Source: Octopus sinensis (Eukaryota). From it: a DNA stretch of 64,000 bases. Location: NCBI RefSeq assembly GCF_006345805.1, contig NC_043001.1, positions 98,518,001 through 98,582,000 of the forward strand. The letters run 5' to 3'. The translations under genes were made by a program, and so were the position numbers. How positions within the stretch are numbered: the first letter of the stretch is position 1; the number at the start of each line of letters is the position of its first letter. Positions 10,481-22,836 of this stretch are shown piece by piece. Below the pieces are notes generated by a model that worked only from the letters and a program-made list of their open reading frames with translations, had not been told where the DNA came from and ran no database searches.

Positions 10481-13400
10481 TTTTTATTACGGTTTTTGAC
10501 TGGCAATCATTTATTTCGTGTAGATCAAAAAATCTTGCTGTATAGTCAATAATTGTGACATACGAATTTCCAGACAGGTGAAATACGTCTGTACCCACTT
10601 TGGTCCATGGTGTAGTAGGTATTTCATGATTTATTAGTGGTTCGGCTGATTGTTGGTTTTTGTAGTCGATGCAGTATGAGCATGTGTTAATCATGTCTTT
10701 GATTTGAGCGTTAATGCCAGGCCAGTATATACATTCCTTCGCTCTCTCTATGCATTTTTCGATACCCATGTGTCCGGTATGTATTTCCTGTAGAGCTTCT
10801 CTACGTAATGACTTAGGTACAATTATTCTTGAACCTTTTAGAACGAGACCATTGACGATTGATATTTCATCACGAACGGAGACGAATGGTTTGATGTTTA
10901 TTGGTATTTTGTCTTTTGGGGGCCATTCTGTTCTTGTATATGTGATGAGTGTCTGTAGTGACGGGTCGTCTGCAGTGGCTTCTTTATACTCGTTTAATTT
11001 AGTGTTGGTTATGGGGTAATTTTTTATTACTGCATGTATGTGCGATTTCATATCTTCGTCTGATACTTCTAGAGTATTTTGCTCAAGGTATGCACGTGAT
11101 AGGGTATCTGCAACAATTGATTCTTTACCAGGTATGTCGTTTAGGTCAAAATCATATCTTTGTAATATTAGTAGAAATCTTTGCATTCGGGGGGGGGGGC
11201 ATTTAGTTATCGATTTTTTTAATATTTGCTTCAACGGTTTATGGTCATTTTCGATTCTGAAATGAGTTCCGTATATAAACTGATGAAATTTCTTGCATGC
11301 GAAAACTATACTGAGAGCTTCGCTCTCTATCGGACAGTAGTTTTGTTCTGCTTGAGTTGTTGCACGAGATGCAAACGAAACAGGTAGCCATCTTTCGTTG
11401 TGTTTCTGCTCAAGTATCGCTCCGAGCCCATGCTTACTAGCATTTGTTGTTATTTTTATTGGTAGATCTGGATCATAAAATTGTAGCACTGGTTTTCTGG
11501 TAATCATTTCTTTTAGCTTTTTTATTGCTTCGATTTGTGGTTTGTCGAATGACCATAACGTGTCACTCTGTAGAAGCTGGCGTAATGGTACTGTAACTTC
11601 GGAGTAATTTGATAAAAATTTACATAGGTAATTTGTCATACCTAGGAATCTTTGTAATTCTTTTTTACTTGTTGGCAGTGGCATGTGAATGATTGCTTGC
11701 ACTTTGGTTGGATCTTGTTTTATCCCTTCGCTGGTTAATAGATGCCCAAGGTACTTGATTTGTGATTCATAGAAGATACACTTTGATTTATTTAACTTTA
11801 ATCCGTGCTTTCGGATTCGATCGAAAACTTGTTGTAGTCTATTTGTGTGTTCTTCTAAAATGCTGGACCAGATTATGATGTCATCCTGTGAATTTCTTGC
11901 TCCTTCTATGCCCTCTATTATTTTTGCAATTTCTTTTTGGAAAACTTCACTGGCGCTGTGAATTCCAAAGGGTAGTCGTGTGAAGCGATACCTTCCAAAA
12001 GGTGTGTTGAACGTTAACAGATGGGAGCTTTCTTCGTCAACTGGAATTTGCCAGTATCCATTAGATGCATCGAGTTTCGAAAAATATTTAGGGTTATGCA
12101 TTTGTGCAAAAATGTCCTCCGCTGTAGGGAGTTTGAAATGTTGTCTTTTTATGGCTTTGTTTAGATTCTTGGGGTCTAAACAGAGTCGGAGTTTTCCGTT
12201 GGCTTTTTCAACGATGACTAGGGAATTTACCCAGTCTGTAGGTTCACTAACAGGTTTTATGATACCTAATTCTGTCATTCTTTTTAATTCTTTGTTGAGT
12301 TTTTCTTTTATAGAAAAAGGAACCGATCTTGGTGGATGAATTACAGGAGTTATTTGTGGATCCACTGTGATATGATGTGTTATTGACAAAGTGCCGATTT
12401 CTCCGAAACAGTCTTCATATTTTTCTATTATGTCGTTTGTGTTCGACGAGTTTATTTTTGAAATTCTCTGAATTAGGTTCAGATCTTTAGCTGTCTTTGC
12501 ATCTATAACTGCGTGCGAGTTTGTTTTTGCAACAATGAATTTTATTTGTTTTGATAATTCTTTGTATTTAATGACTGCTGTGCATTTTCCTAGCACTTTT
12601 ATAGCTGTGTTATTGTAAGCTGATAATCGAGTTGAGGTTTTTTGCAGTTGTGGTTTTGGAATTATATTTTTATATTCTCTGAATGGCAGTACGGTTACGT
12701 CTGCTCCAGTATCAATTTTGAATATTACATTCGAGTTGTTCACTTTTAGTTCGACCGTCCAAATGTCTTTTGGAGTCTTGAACTTTTCGATTTTGTTCAC
12801 GCGGGAATTATTTGCAGTGATCATTTCGAGTGCATGTGTATCGTCATCTGATTCATCGTCGGTATGTATCTCTACTTTATGTACAAATTTTCTTGATTTG
12901 CACATTTTTGCATAGTGCCCTTTTTTCTTGCATTTTTCACATGTCTTGTGAAATGCTGGGCATTTATTTCTTTTGTGATTATAACCACAATAGTGACAGT
13001 TAGTGACGTAGTGTTGACTTGGCGCTTGAAACTTCGCGGGCTTTCTGTCACTTCCGCCTTGTTCGTTTTGATGTCTGGATTGCATATGGCGAGTTATTTG
13101 AGTTTTGGCGCCTTTTCTGTCGTGTTGACTATATACCCTCGAGATTTCGTTATCTCTTGTTTCGGATGTGGCATTTAGCATCCTTGATTGGAGTCGTGTT
13201 TGCTCTGCACTCTGACCTGCTTGAATTGTTTTTTGTAAGTCTAAATTTGGTTCTCTCAATAATCTTTCTCTTAATCTCATGTCTCTGATTCTACATATCA
13301 GAATATCTTTGGTGAGACTGTCTGTGAGGTTGCCGAATTCGCACTGTTGTGCCTTTTGGCGCAACTCTACCACGTACTCATCGAATTTTTGATGTTCCGC

Positions 13401-13736
13401 TTGTCCACATGTGAAGAATTTGTGTCTCAGGAAAGTTATGTTTTTCCTGGGTTCACAATATGCATCGAATTTTTCGATTACTGTTTGAAGGTTCATTTCT
13501 TCGTCGGGTGAATCAAAATCCAGAGTGGAATGGATGTCTCGGCCTTTGGAACCGATGCAAGTTAAAAACATTGAAGTTTTTACTTTGTCTGGCTTCATGT
13601 CACATTCTGTTGCTATCAAAAAGAGATTGAATTCTTTTTTCCACTTTTTCCATGCTGCGGCTAGATTTTCCTGATTAAAGTCTAGGTCTTTTGGATGCGG
13701 TAAATTTTCCATTTCGTCTTTGAAGTATGATTTCAA
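10458..13736 (-). CDS. Gag-Pol polyprotein (gag CCHC, aspartic protease, RT, RNase H, integrase N-part), 1092 aa
   Basis: CEKCKKKGHYAKMC knuckle, KIDTGAD protease, LDASNGYWQI..RLPFGI..SQDD RT, RNase H TTNAS..ENDHKPL, integrase HHCC and first catalytic D (KVGTDVF). Confidence 0.93.
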   Translation of the reverse strand: MKSYFKDEMENLPHPKDLDFNQENLAAAWKKWKKEFNLFLIATECDMKPDKVKTSMFLTCIGSKGRDIHSTLDFDSPDEEMNLQTVIEKFDAYCEPRKNITFLRHKFFTCGQAEHQKFDEYVVELRQKAQQCEFGNLTDSLTKDILICRIRDMRLRERLLREPNLDLQKTIQAGQSAEQTRLQSRMLNATSETRDNEISRVYSQHDRKGAKTQITRHMQSRHQNEQGGSDRKPAKFQAPSQHYVTNCHYCGYNHKRNKCPAFHKTCEKCKKKGHYAKMCKSRKFVHKVEIHTDDESDDDTHALEMITANNSRVNKIEKFKTPKDIWTVELKVNNSNVIFKIDTGADVTVLPFREYKNIIPKPQLQKTSTRLSAYNNTAIKVLGKCTAVIKYKELSKQIKFIVAKTNSHAVIDAKTAKDLNLIQRISKINSSNTNDIIEKYEDCFGEIGTLSITHHITVDPQITPVIHPPRSVPFSIKEKLNKELKRMTELGIIKPVSEPTDWVNSLVIVEKANGKLRLCLDPKNLNKAIKRQHFKLPTAEDIFAQMHNPKYFSKLDASNGYWQIPVDEESSHLLTFNTPFGRYRFTRLPFGIHSASEVFQKEIAKIIEGIEGARNSQDDIIIWSSILEEHTNRLQQVFDRIRKHGLKLNKSKCIFYESQIKYLGHLLTSEGIKQDPTKVQAIIHMPLPTSKKELQRFLGMTNYLCKFLSNYSEVTVPLRQLLQSDTLWSFDKPQIEAIKKLKEMITRKPVLQFYDPDLPIKITTNASKHGLGAILEQKHNERWLPVSFASRATTQAEQNYCPIESEALSIVFACKKFHQFIYGTHFRIENDHKPLKQILKKSITKCPPPRMQRFLLILQRYDFDLNDIPGKESIVADTLSRAYLEQNTLEVSDEDMKSHIHAVIKNYPITNTKLNEYKEATADDPSLQTLITYTRTEWPPKDKIPINIKPFVSVRDEISIVNGLVLKGSRIIVPKSLRREALQEIHTGHMGIEKCIERAKECIYWPGINAQIKDMINTCSYCIDYKNQQSAEPLINHEIPTTPWTKVGTDVFHLSGNSYVTIIDYTARFFDLHEINDCQSKTVIKKIKRNFC

Positions 13737-13788
13737 CTTCTTTTTTCTTTTGGTTTCTGTATTTTGGGTTCTTTTAGTATTCTGACCA

Positions 13789-14026
13789 TGTTGTTGTTAT
13801 ATATATATAATGTATTGAGTATTAAAGGAAGTAGTGAGTACTTAGTATGAAAGATTAAGAAAATGAGAGAGACTGAAAAAACGTGTTAACGATACGAGAT
13901 ACTTTATTAGACTGCCGTTGTTGTACAAGGTATTTGTTGTGGCGGGAAACTTACTGAATGTCCTTGTATCAAGGGAGACAATGGGCAACGTTGATTGTTC
14001 ATGTTTGTTGTGATGATTACATAACA
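13789..14026 (-). repeat. 5' LTR of nested Gypsy element
   Basis: See paired LTR at 9496-9733. Confidence 0.97.
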
Positions 14027-15374
14027 ACATCCAACACATAGCCGGCAATGGCAACCCAGTTGCCGACGCACTCTCTCGTGCTCCTACCTGCTCTCATACC
14101 TACCTAGCACCAACAATGGAAGGCTTGGATTATGAAGCTATGGCTGCAACCCAAAAGACAGATGACGAGATCAGGGCCTACCGCACCGCCATCACATCAC
14201 TTTCTTTGCAGGATGTACACTTTGGCTCTAACGGCACAACCCTACTATGTGACATATCCACTGGGAAGCTACGACTGATCGTCCCATCGGCCTGTCGCAA
14301 GAAAGTTTTCGACGTCATTCACAGACTTTCCCATCCAGGTACTAAAGCCACACTGCGGCTACTGTCAAACAAATTCATCTGGCATTATATGGCCAAGCAA
14401 ATCAGGGACTGGACCAGGAACTGCATCCTCTGTTAACAAGTCAAATTCCATCAACACACCATAGCACCCCTCGGCAACTATGAACCACCTCGGGCCCGAT
14501 TCAGCCATGTCAACATTGACCTTGTCGGCCCCTTACCACCTTCACATGGTTACTCGTATCTACTGACCTTGGTAGACCGCTATACCCATTGGCCTGAGGC
14601 TTTCCCTCTCCGCAGCACGGAAACACAAGAAGTCGGCCGAGCCGTCATCGCAAACTGGGTCGCCCGTTTCGATGTCCCACACAGCATCTCATCCGATCAG
14701 GGTCCACAATTCATCTCAAAGCTGTGGAGTGACATGTATGACCTTTTTGGAATCACACAACAGCCTACCACCCACAGGCCAACAGATTTCACCGCCGCCT
14801 TAACGGGCCAAATTGGATTGATCAGCTCCCATGCGTGATGCTGGGAATCCGCACCGCCCCAAAAGAAAATCTCAACACTTCCTCCGCGAAAATGGTGTAC
14901 GGTTCCCCTCTTGCAATGCCAGGAGAGTTCCTTCCCAATACGAAATGAGACCCGGATGTCAAAAGGTACATCGCTCAACTGAGAGACAGCGTGGGCCAGT
15001 TGCGCCCTGTTCCCCCGTACCAAATGACCTCCACATGGCTAACTTTGCGTTCGTTCGACGTGACACACGACGAAAACCTCGCTAGTCACCCTACGATGGT
15101 CCATATCAAGTCATACATCCGGAAGATAAAACATTCCAACTTCTAATTGGTGGACAAGGCACATTCGCCATCGATAAATTGAAACCGGCCCATCTCAATA
15201 TTGACAGCCCCGCTCAGGTAGCCCAGCCACCAAACAGGGACCGCCCTTAGCAGATCAAACCAAGCCTTGACAAAGAACAGTCACCAAAGAATCGAGTAAC
15301 CACACGCATGGACAGGACAATTAAAACGCCTTTCTGTTTCCAACGACAGTCAACAGTTTTGGGGTGGGGAGCTA

Positions 15375-15648
15375 TGTAGGGCAAGATTCATGACAGACGA
15401 ACTGTAGACAGTAACTTCACTGCGGGTTAGCTACGGGGAAGTTGGTAAGCAGCAAAAGGGACTTCTGGTGGGAGAAGAAGAACAAAAGAATGTTAGCAGT
15501 GAGGGTTAAACGGATCTGAGAAAAATAAACAGAAATAACTGGTTACTCAAATCCTGATATATGTAAAGTAATAAATCTTTGATAAATGTATTCTCGTCTC
15601 TACTAGTCTGTTTGCATATAGCTTAATAAAGCTATAACCTCGTCTCAC
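15375..15648 (+). repeat. 3' LTR of CsRn1-like host element (end approximate)
   Basis: Starts TGTAGG after a purine tract. The 5' part (gacagacgaactgtagacag.aacttc) is homologous to LTRs at 52826 and 54560. Contains AATAAA and ends near tcaca. Confidence 0.75.
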
Positions 15649-15757
15649 ACACAATGTCGATCTGACACTACTTGAGAATTATGTCAAGCATATACCTGTT
15701 AGTGGAATGTTCAGTTACACACACCCTAATTCAGAAGCAGGTGATTTGATTTATTAA

Positions 15758-15890
15758 GGCGTATGGTTTAGTGGTTGGCGTGTTGCATTCACGATCGTGA
15801 GATCATGGTTTCGATTCCCAGACCAAGCTGCGTGTTGTTTTCTTGGGCAAAACACATCATTTCACGTTGCTCCAATCTACTCAGCGGATT
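15758..15890 (+). mobile_element. tRNA-derived SINE 5' part
   Basis: ggcgtatggtttagtgg (A-box-like) and ggtttcgattcc (B-box-like), followed by cttgggcaaaacac..atttcac.ttgctcca as in the copy near 42030. Confidence 0.7.
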
Positions 15891-17949
15891 GGCGTACAAG
15901 GGAGAGATATTGGTTCAGAAAAATTACCCAAACGGAGGTCTCGCGAGCTGCATTTTGTATTCAGTGATCGAAAGGGTTAATAATACTATATTGTACTGTG
16001 AATCCCGACTGGTTGGGATTGATTGTTCAATCACGTCGAAGGATGAATGTAAAAGTTTATCAAACAACTGAATCCTCATCGTCGAACGACGGAGATCAGT
16101 CACGACTAAAGTGGAAACGTAATTCAGTATTCTCAAAACGGCCCTGAAATAGGCGGTACTTAAAAACGAAACCCATGGATAATTACCCGGACCTCAAATC
16201 CATGCACGAGTTCCCTACAGTAAATGATTTTAACTATGTTATTTATTATTTACTTCAAAGGCATCCACATGCCTATCGCATTTGTTCACCTTAATACATA
16301 CTGATAGATACTTAACCACTACACATTCCTCTTTTATTCTTTTTAAACACCAGTGTAACTTGATACTTATGAAAGAAAAGCTTCATATTATTCAGAACAA
16401 GGGCTAAGAGTCTGAAAACAAGAATGGGCGTTTTGAACAAACTTATGAACATGTTTTAGATAGGCAAAGGGTTAAAATTTAATGTATTAGAAAATCTTTA
16501 TTAAAGCTGTTATTCGCATGTATAAGACATTAAATTTGTGTGGGCAAGGGGTTAGTCGATTAAACTGCCTCCTGTACTTGACTCATGATTTTATCGACTC
16601 TGAAATGATGAAGGGCAAAGTTGCAGGAATGAATCTGATCAAACTTTAGAAAACCTTTGTCCGACACTCCAACAATTCTGCCAGTCTTTTCTTAATTACA
16701 CACAAATATTAATAAAACGAGGTTAGAAACAGTTTACAATACATTTTTAAACTTATAAGTTTAAAATTAAATTGTTATTTTCTATATGAATTCCGTAATT
16801 TATTTTTTAATCTTCCCTGTACCACGAATTAAAATTTTTTTTTAAATTCATTACGGATGAGAAAGAATTGGAAAAAATAGAGATAACTATCACTTGTTTT
16901 ATTAATCACGAATTTCGTGGTTAACAAAATTATAAGTTTTTCAAGACGCTAAACCATTAGTATAGACTTTGTAAATCATTAAATTATATTCTTAAAAATC
17001 TGTAGCACATCGTTTAAAAATGACTGCTCTTCTGTCTTTGTTTGTGTGTTTGCTTGTATGTATGTATGTATGTATGTGTGTATGTGTGTGTGTGTATGTA
17101 TGTGTGTGTGTGCGTGTATAGTAGGGTGTGATTTGACAGAAATCTGGTTGCTATTTCTAGCAAGCAGAACGACCACGTGACTAGGATTAAAATAAAACGA
17201 AAGAAAAAAATTGGTTATCTGCTCTTCAGTAGCTTGATTACATAGTAGTCGACAGGGGACGCTGTCAGTATCTTCTTATTAGCGCAGTTTTAAGGACTGA
17301 AATTCTCAACACCGATTGATATTTTGTTATAAAACCTCTTCTAAGGTATGGCTTTTTTTGGTTGTTGAGCTTCGTATATATATATATATATGTATGTATA
17401 CTTTGTTTTGTCTCTTGCTCATTCATTACCTTTTTTTTCATTTTTTGAAATTAATCTGTTTTGAAAGTGAAATGCTATTTGATTAAAATAAACTAGCCAT
17501 GTATATAGATTTACTGCCGTACGTTACAGCTGTTTCTATACTGTACTTGTGTTTGGAATGTGTGTGTATCTATTTATATATATATATGTTCATATATATA
17601 TATATATATATAGGGAGAGAGGGGGAGAAAGAAAGAAAGAACTATGTAAAATAGTGGAGAAACGGGTTAAGGTGAGGTAGCTATTTTGGACTCTGAAGTC
17701 GGGTATTAGTTTTCAATATTGAATACTATTAAAACCAATCCCCGATTTAAAGACCAAGTGAATCTACACATATCGAGATACACAAGTCGACCGATATCTT
17801 AGAATATGGCGTTGTTTTGATTTTTGCTTTAATGAATCGATTCAGCTGACTTCTTATTTTCCTTTGTAATTATTTTTATCTGGTCTTTTGTTATTTTCAT
17901 ATAACCTGAACCAGCTACGTGTCTTTATTGTTGTCATTCTAATAGCTGG

Positions 17950-17985
<36 letters not shown>

Positions 17986-19019
17986 ATATTTTTAAATGTA
18001 AAACTATACGGTTGTGAGATGGCAAAAAAGAAAAAAAAATGTATCAAAGATCCAAAGCACGCACGCAATATTGAAATATTTTAAGTGATTATATACCAAT
18101 ATGATTTATTATTTATCAAAACTTCCCATTCCAAAGTGTTAAATCGCAGGTCAGAAGACGAGATGTTGTAACGTTAATGGTCTTCTCAACGAAATGTTTT
18201 TAGCAATCATTGAAAGAATAATAGTGAAATCATTACAGTTGGAAACCGAAACCCGATCTCCATATTCCATTGACCAATTCATCGCCACTTCCCTTGTTAT
18301 CATAATACATTTGTGTATGTGTGTGCTCATCTCAGAAACGTCTTCATTTATTTCGCATAGTGCTATCGACTGTTGATGTGACTATTTAAAAAAAGAAAAC
18401 AAATTTCATGGAAACTTTTGATGTGAGAGGAACATCACTATTATATTAAATCATAGAAGAATTGAATACATTTTGGCAAACGAAAATAATTAAATGGTTA
18501 AATATTTTCATTGACAGAATTGATGAGATTTCTGACTCATAGTAATTTAGTTTCGAATTTCTACATTCTGAAATTAAATCGTTCTGATTTTATGAAAATA
18601 ATCGACACTTTATAACTGGTACTTCGGGCAATTGTACCTTTTCTGTTATTAATTACTTTGGCAATGTAAGATATTTTTATTTTTTTAAAAATTGCCTTGC
18701 AGTGTTTAATTACTTCTTTTCCGAGTTTTAATCTCGTTGGAGACTTATTTTTTTCATCTTCTTTTGGTTAGATAACGTAAGTTCCAGTTTAGACTATATA
18801 TATACCTATCCCTCTTATTTGAAATTTATGAATTTATAGTTTTGTACCAATGTCAGAAATCATTATTATCAACATTCAAGATCCACAACATTGTATTGTC
18901 AAATTTCTTAAATTCATTGATGTATAGATCAAGACTAGAACTATCATCTAAAATTTCAGATTATATATATATGTGTGTGTGTGTGTGGCATTCCTATACA
19001 GTACTTGAAATGTCTTTGG

Positions 19020-19300
19020 TGAATGATCTTCGTTTTGCGTCATTGTAATAATTTTCTCATGAAACCTAATGGCAGCCTAGGAAAGTTGACATTTACCGAA
19101 TGCGCGCTCACACACATATATAGTCCGATTAAAGCTAAGCAGGCCGAAACTTCGAAGTCACTGTCACCATCGGCTCATATTAAGAGAAATACTTCTCGAA
19201 CAATCGATTATGGTAACAAAAGTTGACAAAACGTAAGGTGGAAGTGAGAGATAATGGGGTTTCTATTCGACTACTGGACAGTAAGGTATGGCTTGAATTA
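19020..19300 (+). promoter_or_regulatory. Candidate SKP1 promoter / non-coding first exon
   Basis: Inference: the SKP1 ATG directly follows a splice acceptor, so a 5' UTR exon must lie upstream. This apparently non-repetitive, CpG-rich segment ends in donor-like ac|gtaagg (~19234). Confidence 0.35.
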
Positions 19301-21137
19301 ACCGCGATACAGAATAAACAGTCTCTCTTCTCGCAAGTATTTGAACCAAAAACAATTCTATTTCATTTCTGCCCTCACAAATAACTCATTGTGTGGTCGG
19401 GATAAATTTAATACTCCGTTAAGATTCACTGATTCTTTTTTTTTTTAATGAACTTCTTTTTCCTTATTTGTTAGATTTGAAGTTTGTGTAGTACCTGCCA
19501 TTTTTTTTTTTTACCTGTCTAATACATAAAAATTACTGTTTACCTCCCTCTCTTCCTCATACTCTATCTATAATCTAGAGCTTCATGTAAGAAACTCCAA
19601 TTATCTCTATGTGCCCACCATCATCATGTCATCGTTAAATGTGTGTGAGCGTATATATCCTTGGATGGTCAGTTTGCCGTCAAATGGCAGTTATTGACAA
19701 AATGGCCCTCTTACGATACAACACCATCTGTTTCGACATACGATTTCACATCAACAACCTTGCAAAATAGATACAAAAACTATGTGTCTGTGTGTTCCCT
19801 TGAGCGCCATTTTAGGTAATACTGACTTCCCTGCTCTTAGCGGAAGAGAAAGTACATGCCCGCCTGTCTTTGAACAAGTGTATAGAGAATTGTCTGTGGT
19901 TAGTTCTTGATATATTTATATTTCTTCTGCGACTGCTGAATCTCTTCGTTTTCTTAAACCGTTTGTAACAAGATCATTTCCAGATTTAGCATTGAGTCAG
20001 TTTCACAGTTAAGAGATCAAAACGGAACGTTGTCGAGACTAATAAAATAAATACCACTAGATACTGGTTCGAATTTGCTTCGGTCGGCTACGCTTGTACC
20101 TTCTAAGTACCTAAATCAGACTATATTTTTTTTATTAGAGTTTATACTAAACCAAATTTACATTTGTATAGTGTATGTTTAGCCCTAGGTCAGTCCTGAT
20201 TGAGCAGACCGATGAGCGAAAGTGATTTGGAAGTTGGAGTAATCTAGGAATACGTTATCTAATGTACCTTTTCCTTTTTTTTAACACCATTGTGGGGGAA
20301 TATGTGGGTCGTTTTTAACTGTTGTTTCTAGCTGACAGATCGACTACATTGAGGTTCCCTTGTTGCCTCGCATATATATATATGTTAACCAGCATTGGTA
20401 CTAGTTAGTTTTGCTTCTCCCAATTTGGCACTGAGTTTCCATTTATTAAAACTGCGCTTCCTTGCTCATAAAAATAATTTAAATCATAGGTGTTATTTGT
20501 TTTATTTAACTTCCCTCTTTCCCCTACCTGTATTACAAACACTATAAAAGCTGGTAATTATTTGAATTGTGAAATATTTGGAAGGGAAACTATAGAGATT
20601 TTGGCTATTCTCACTGGAGCTCTTCTGTTAGTGTTACAGAAATTCATGTTATTATTATTGATTATAATTTTGACTTTGTTTTTGCGAGATAAAATTAAAG
20701 AAAACAATTCGTGCTAGAAATTATACAGGTTACAACACGTACCTCTAACGTGTGTCGTCATACTTTTTTTGTTTGTACACTACTCCACGTTTGACAGGAC
20801 ACGCTGTATGTATAGTTTGTTTTATGTTTATCATGTGTGTACACACACACATATATATATATTGCTAAGGAATCTCGTGCCTTTGTCATTCTAGCGTGAG
20901 TGAAGTATTTTCTTTGTCGACAGTGAATATTGGGTGGGATATTTATTTTCTGTCTGATCGACATAATTGTTACTTGAACTAGTTTGACGTTTTATTGTGT
21001 CCAGGGAGAGCCAACACACGAATTCACACAAAAAAATCTTGCAAACCAGATACAAAAACGAAGTAGTTTGAAGTTTCTGGGGAAGAAATAATCAGTTATA
21101 GTGATCATTGAGTACTTGACTACTGGTACTTTATATT

Positions 21138-22678
21138 CAGTGATTCCCAACCAAAACTCATGACCCCACCCCTTGGAATCTTTCATTTATCTGTGGGGTC
21201 CCCTAGACACTTTAGTGAGGAAAAAAAAAAGTATTTCAGTTTTGTAAGCAATGGTTAATCACAGAAACAAATCACTTTTGTAAAAATTGTTTTAAATTAG
21301 TTTTATAATCAGGAAATATATTTCTATGAATATTAAGAATTGATCATTTGTAATGAAAACAATTTTTGATCAAAAATTTATAATATACATTTTTAAAAAT
21401 CTTTTTCAAAGGTGACCCATTTTCTACAATTTAATCTAATAAACTCCATAAAAATATCAGTCTATTAATCGTACATTTATGCTCTATAACTTTATTTATC
21501 AAAAGCTAAAATATTTAGCGATTTCAATAAAACAGCTATTTATAATCATACATTGTGTGTGTAAAACATGCATAAAAATTTTCTGACGTACAGAAAATTT
21601 AATAAGTTCTAAAGAACAAAAATTGCTTTATGAGCACAAATGCAAAATCCTTTAGCAAAATAAATAAATAAATAAATATATATATATATATATATATACC
21701 ATATTACCATTTTTTTCTTTTCTTTTCTTTTTTTACCATATTCATTCGGTGAAATTCTTTGTAGCTGATGCAGTTGTGCAAGTTTTATAGTTCCAGGGTC
21801 TTGTGGTTGTTAGAGACAAAGATCATCTCCACTTACATTTTCTAATTGATTGCAAACTATTGACAGTAGGAAATATACTCAGCTAAAACCTAACTAACCT
21901 GAGTAAGAAGTTAGTGGGGGAGGGCAATGAAATATAATTTTACTCCCCTGTTCAAGCAATAATAATTCTGTATCAGTTTCACTATTTGTTCCTAAGTTAT
22001 TGAGTCCATAATTAAACTTCAGTTAAATTATTCTGCAAATTAGTAAGGCTTTTCTTGTAGTCAGATATCATCAGCTGCATTTGTCCCATATAAATCTACC
22101 TTGGAATGTCCATTTCCAGATCATCTTTAAACCTAGGTTCCATATCATTGTGCAGTTTCTTCATCTTCAATGGGCACTAAAATATCATTGTCTTACAGCT
22201 CCTCTTCAGTAATATGGGTAGGTTTTCAAGGAAAGCACTTGTAACTTCTTTGCAAATTAAAGGGTTTTTTTTTTTCTTTCTTTCTTTTTGTAGCTGTTTG
22301 TTCAGTAAATTTAGCTCCTTGAATATATATGAAAGGTAGGATATGCCACATTTGGTTGCTAGGATTTTCTCTCTAAACTGCATACCATTCAGAAACATTA
22401 CAATGTTGTCCCAAAGTTATTACCTTAGAGATTGCCACCAGATGTATGAACTTCAAAAGCAGTAACCTATTTAATTCATACAAGGCATTCCAAAGCCAAC
22501 TTGTTGCTTTATTCACTAGTAATAAATTTTCAAACATTTTTGTTTGTTTTTTATGTCATAGCAGTACTTAAGATATAGAAAATGCTTGTATGTGAGCATG
22601 TATGTTTTGTGTGTGAATTTTAAAGGTAGTTATGTGGTCCCACTGAACTTTGCTATGGACCCAGGTTGAGAAAAGCTG
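21138..22678 (-). mobile_element. Decayed hAT (Charlie/Tip100-like) transposon
   Basis: TIR-like cagtgattcccaacc (21138) and ggttgagaaaagctg (22664-22678). Transposase remnant SYLSYIFKELNLLNKQLQ lies at ~22300-22360. No clean TSD. Confidence 0.55.
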
Positions 22679-22836
22679 TTTTACATTGTGGAAGGCAAAG
22701 ATGAGGTCAGTGTCACTTCTGCAGTCAATAGAATTGACTTCTTCCTCACTCACAGTGGGTTGGGGTGTGTCTTAGAAATCAGTATTTCAAATATTGACTA
22801 TTTGTTGTTACATTAAAGTTGTTTTCTTGTTAATAT

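Larger units (their letters stand above)
9496..14026 (-). mobile_element. Young, near-intact Mag-like Ty3/Gypsy LTR retrotransposon (4531 bp)
   Basis: 238-bp TG...CA LTRs with one mismatch, 5-bp TSD ACATC (9491-9495 / 14027-14031), PBS-like TGGTCAGAA after the 5' LTR, PPT AAAAAAGGAAGA before the 3' LTR, and a single gag-pol ORF. Confidence 0.97.
7378..15648 (+). mobile_element. Decayed CsRn1-like Ty3/Gypsy LTR retrotransposon (host), 5' LTR missing, split by a nested element
   Basis: Remnants of gag (~7380-7980), RT (FSKVDLIRGYYQIPV..PKTAVITPFGLYEF..FAYSDDILIAS), RNase H (VAASDTAIGGV..WRPLAFFSRQL..DHKPL) and integrase (HPGTKAT..C..C; VDRYTHWPEA; SDQGPQF). A purine tract at 15361-15372 precedes the 3' LTR. 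Many stops and frameshifts. Confidence 0.9.

Noticed and set aside
10714-13288. Plus-strand ORFs overlapping gag-pol
   Set aside because: Antisense frames of the Gypsy polyprotein with no independent motifs.
15758-15830. tRNA gene
   Set aside because: It has A/B boxes but no complete cloverleaf, and it continues into a SINE body repeated elsewhere.
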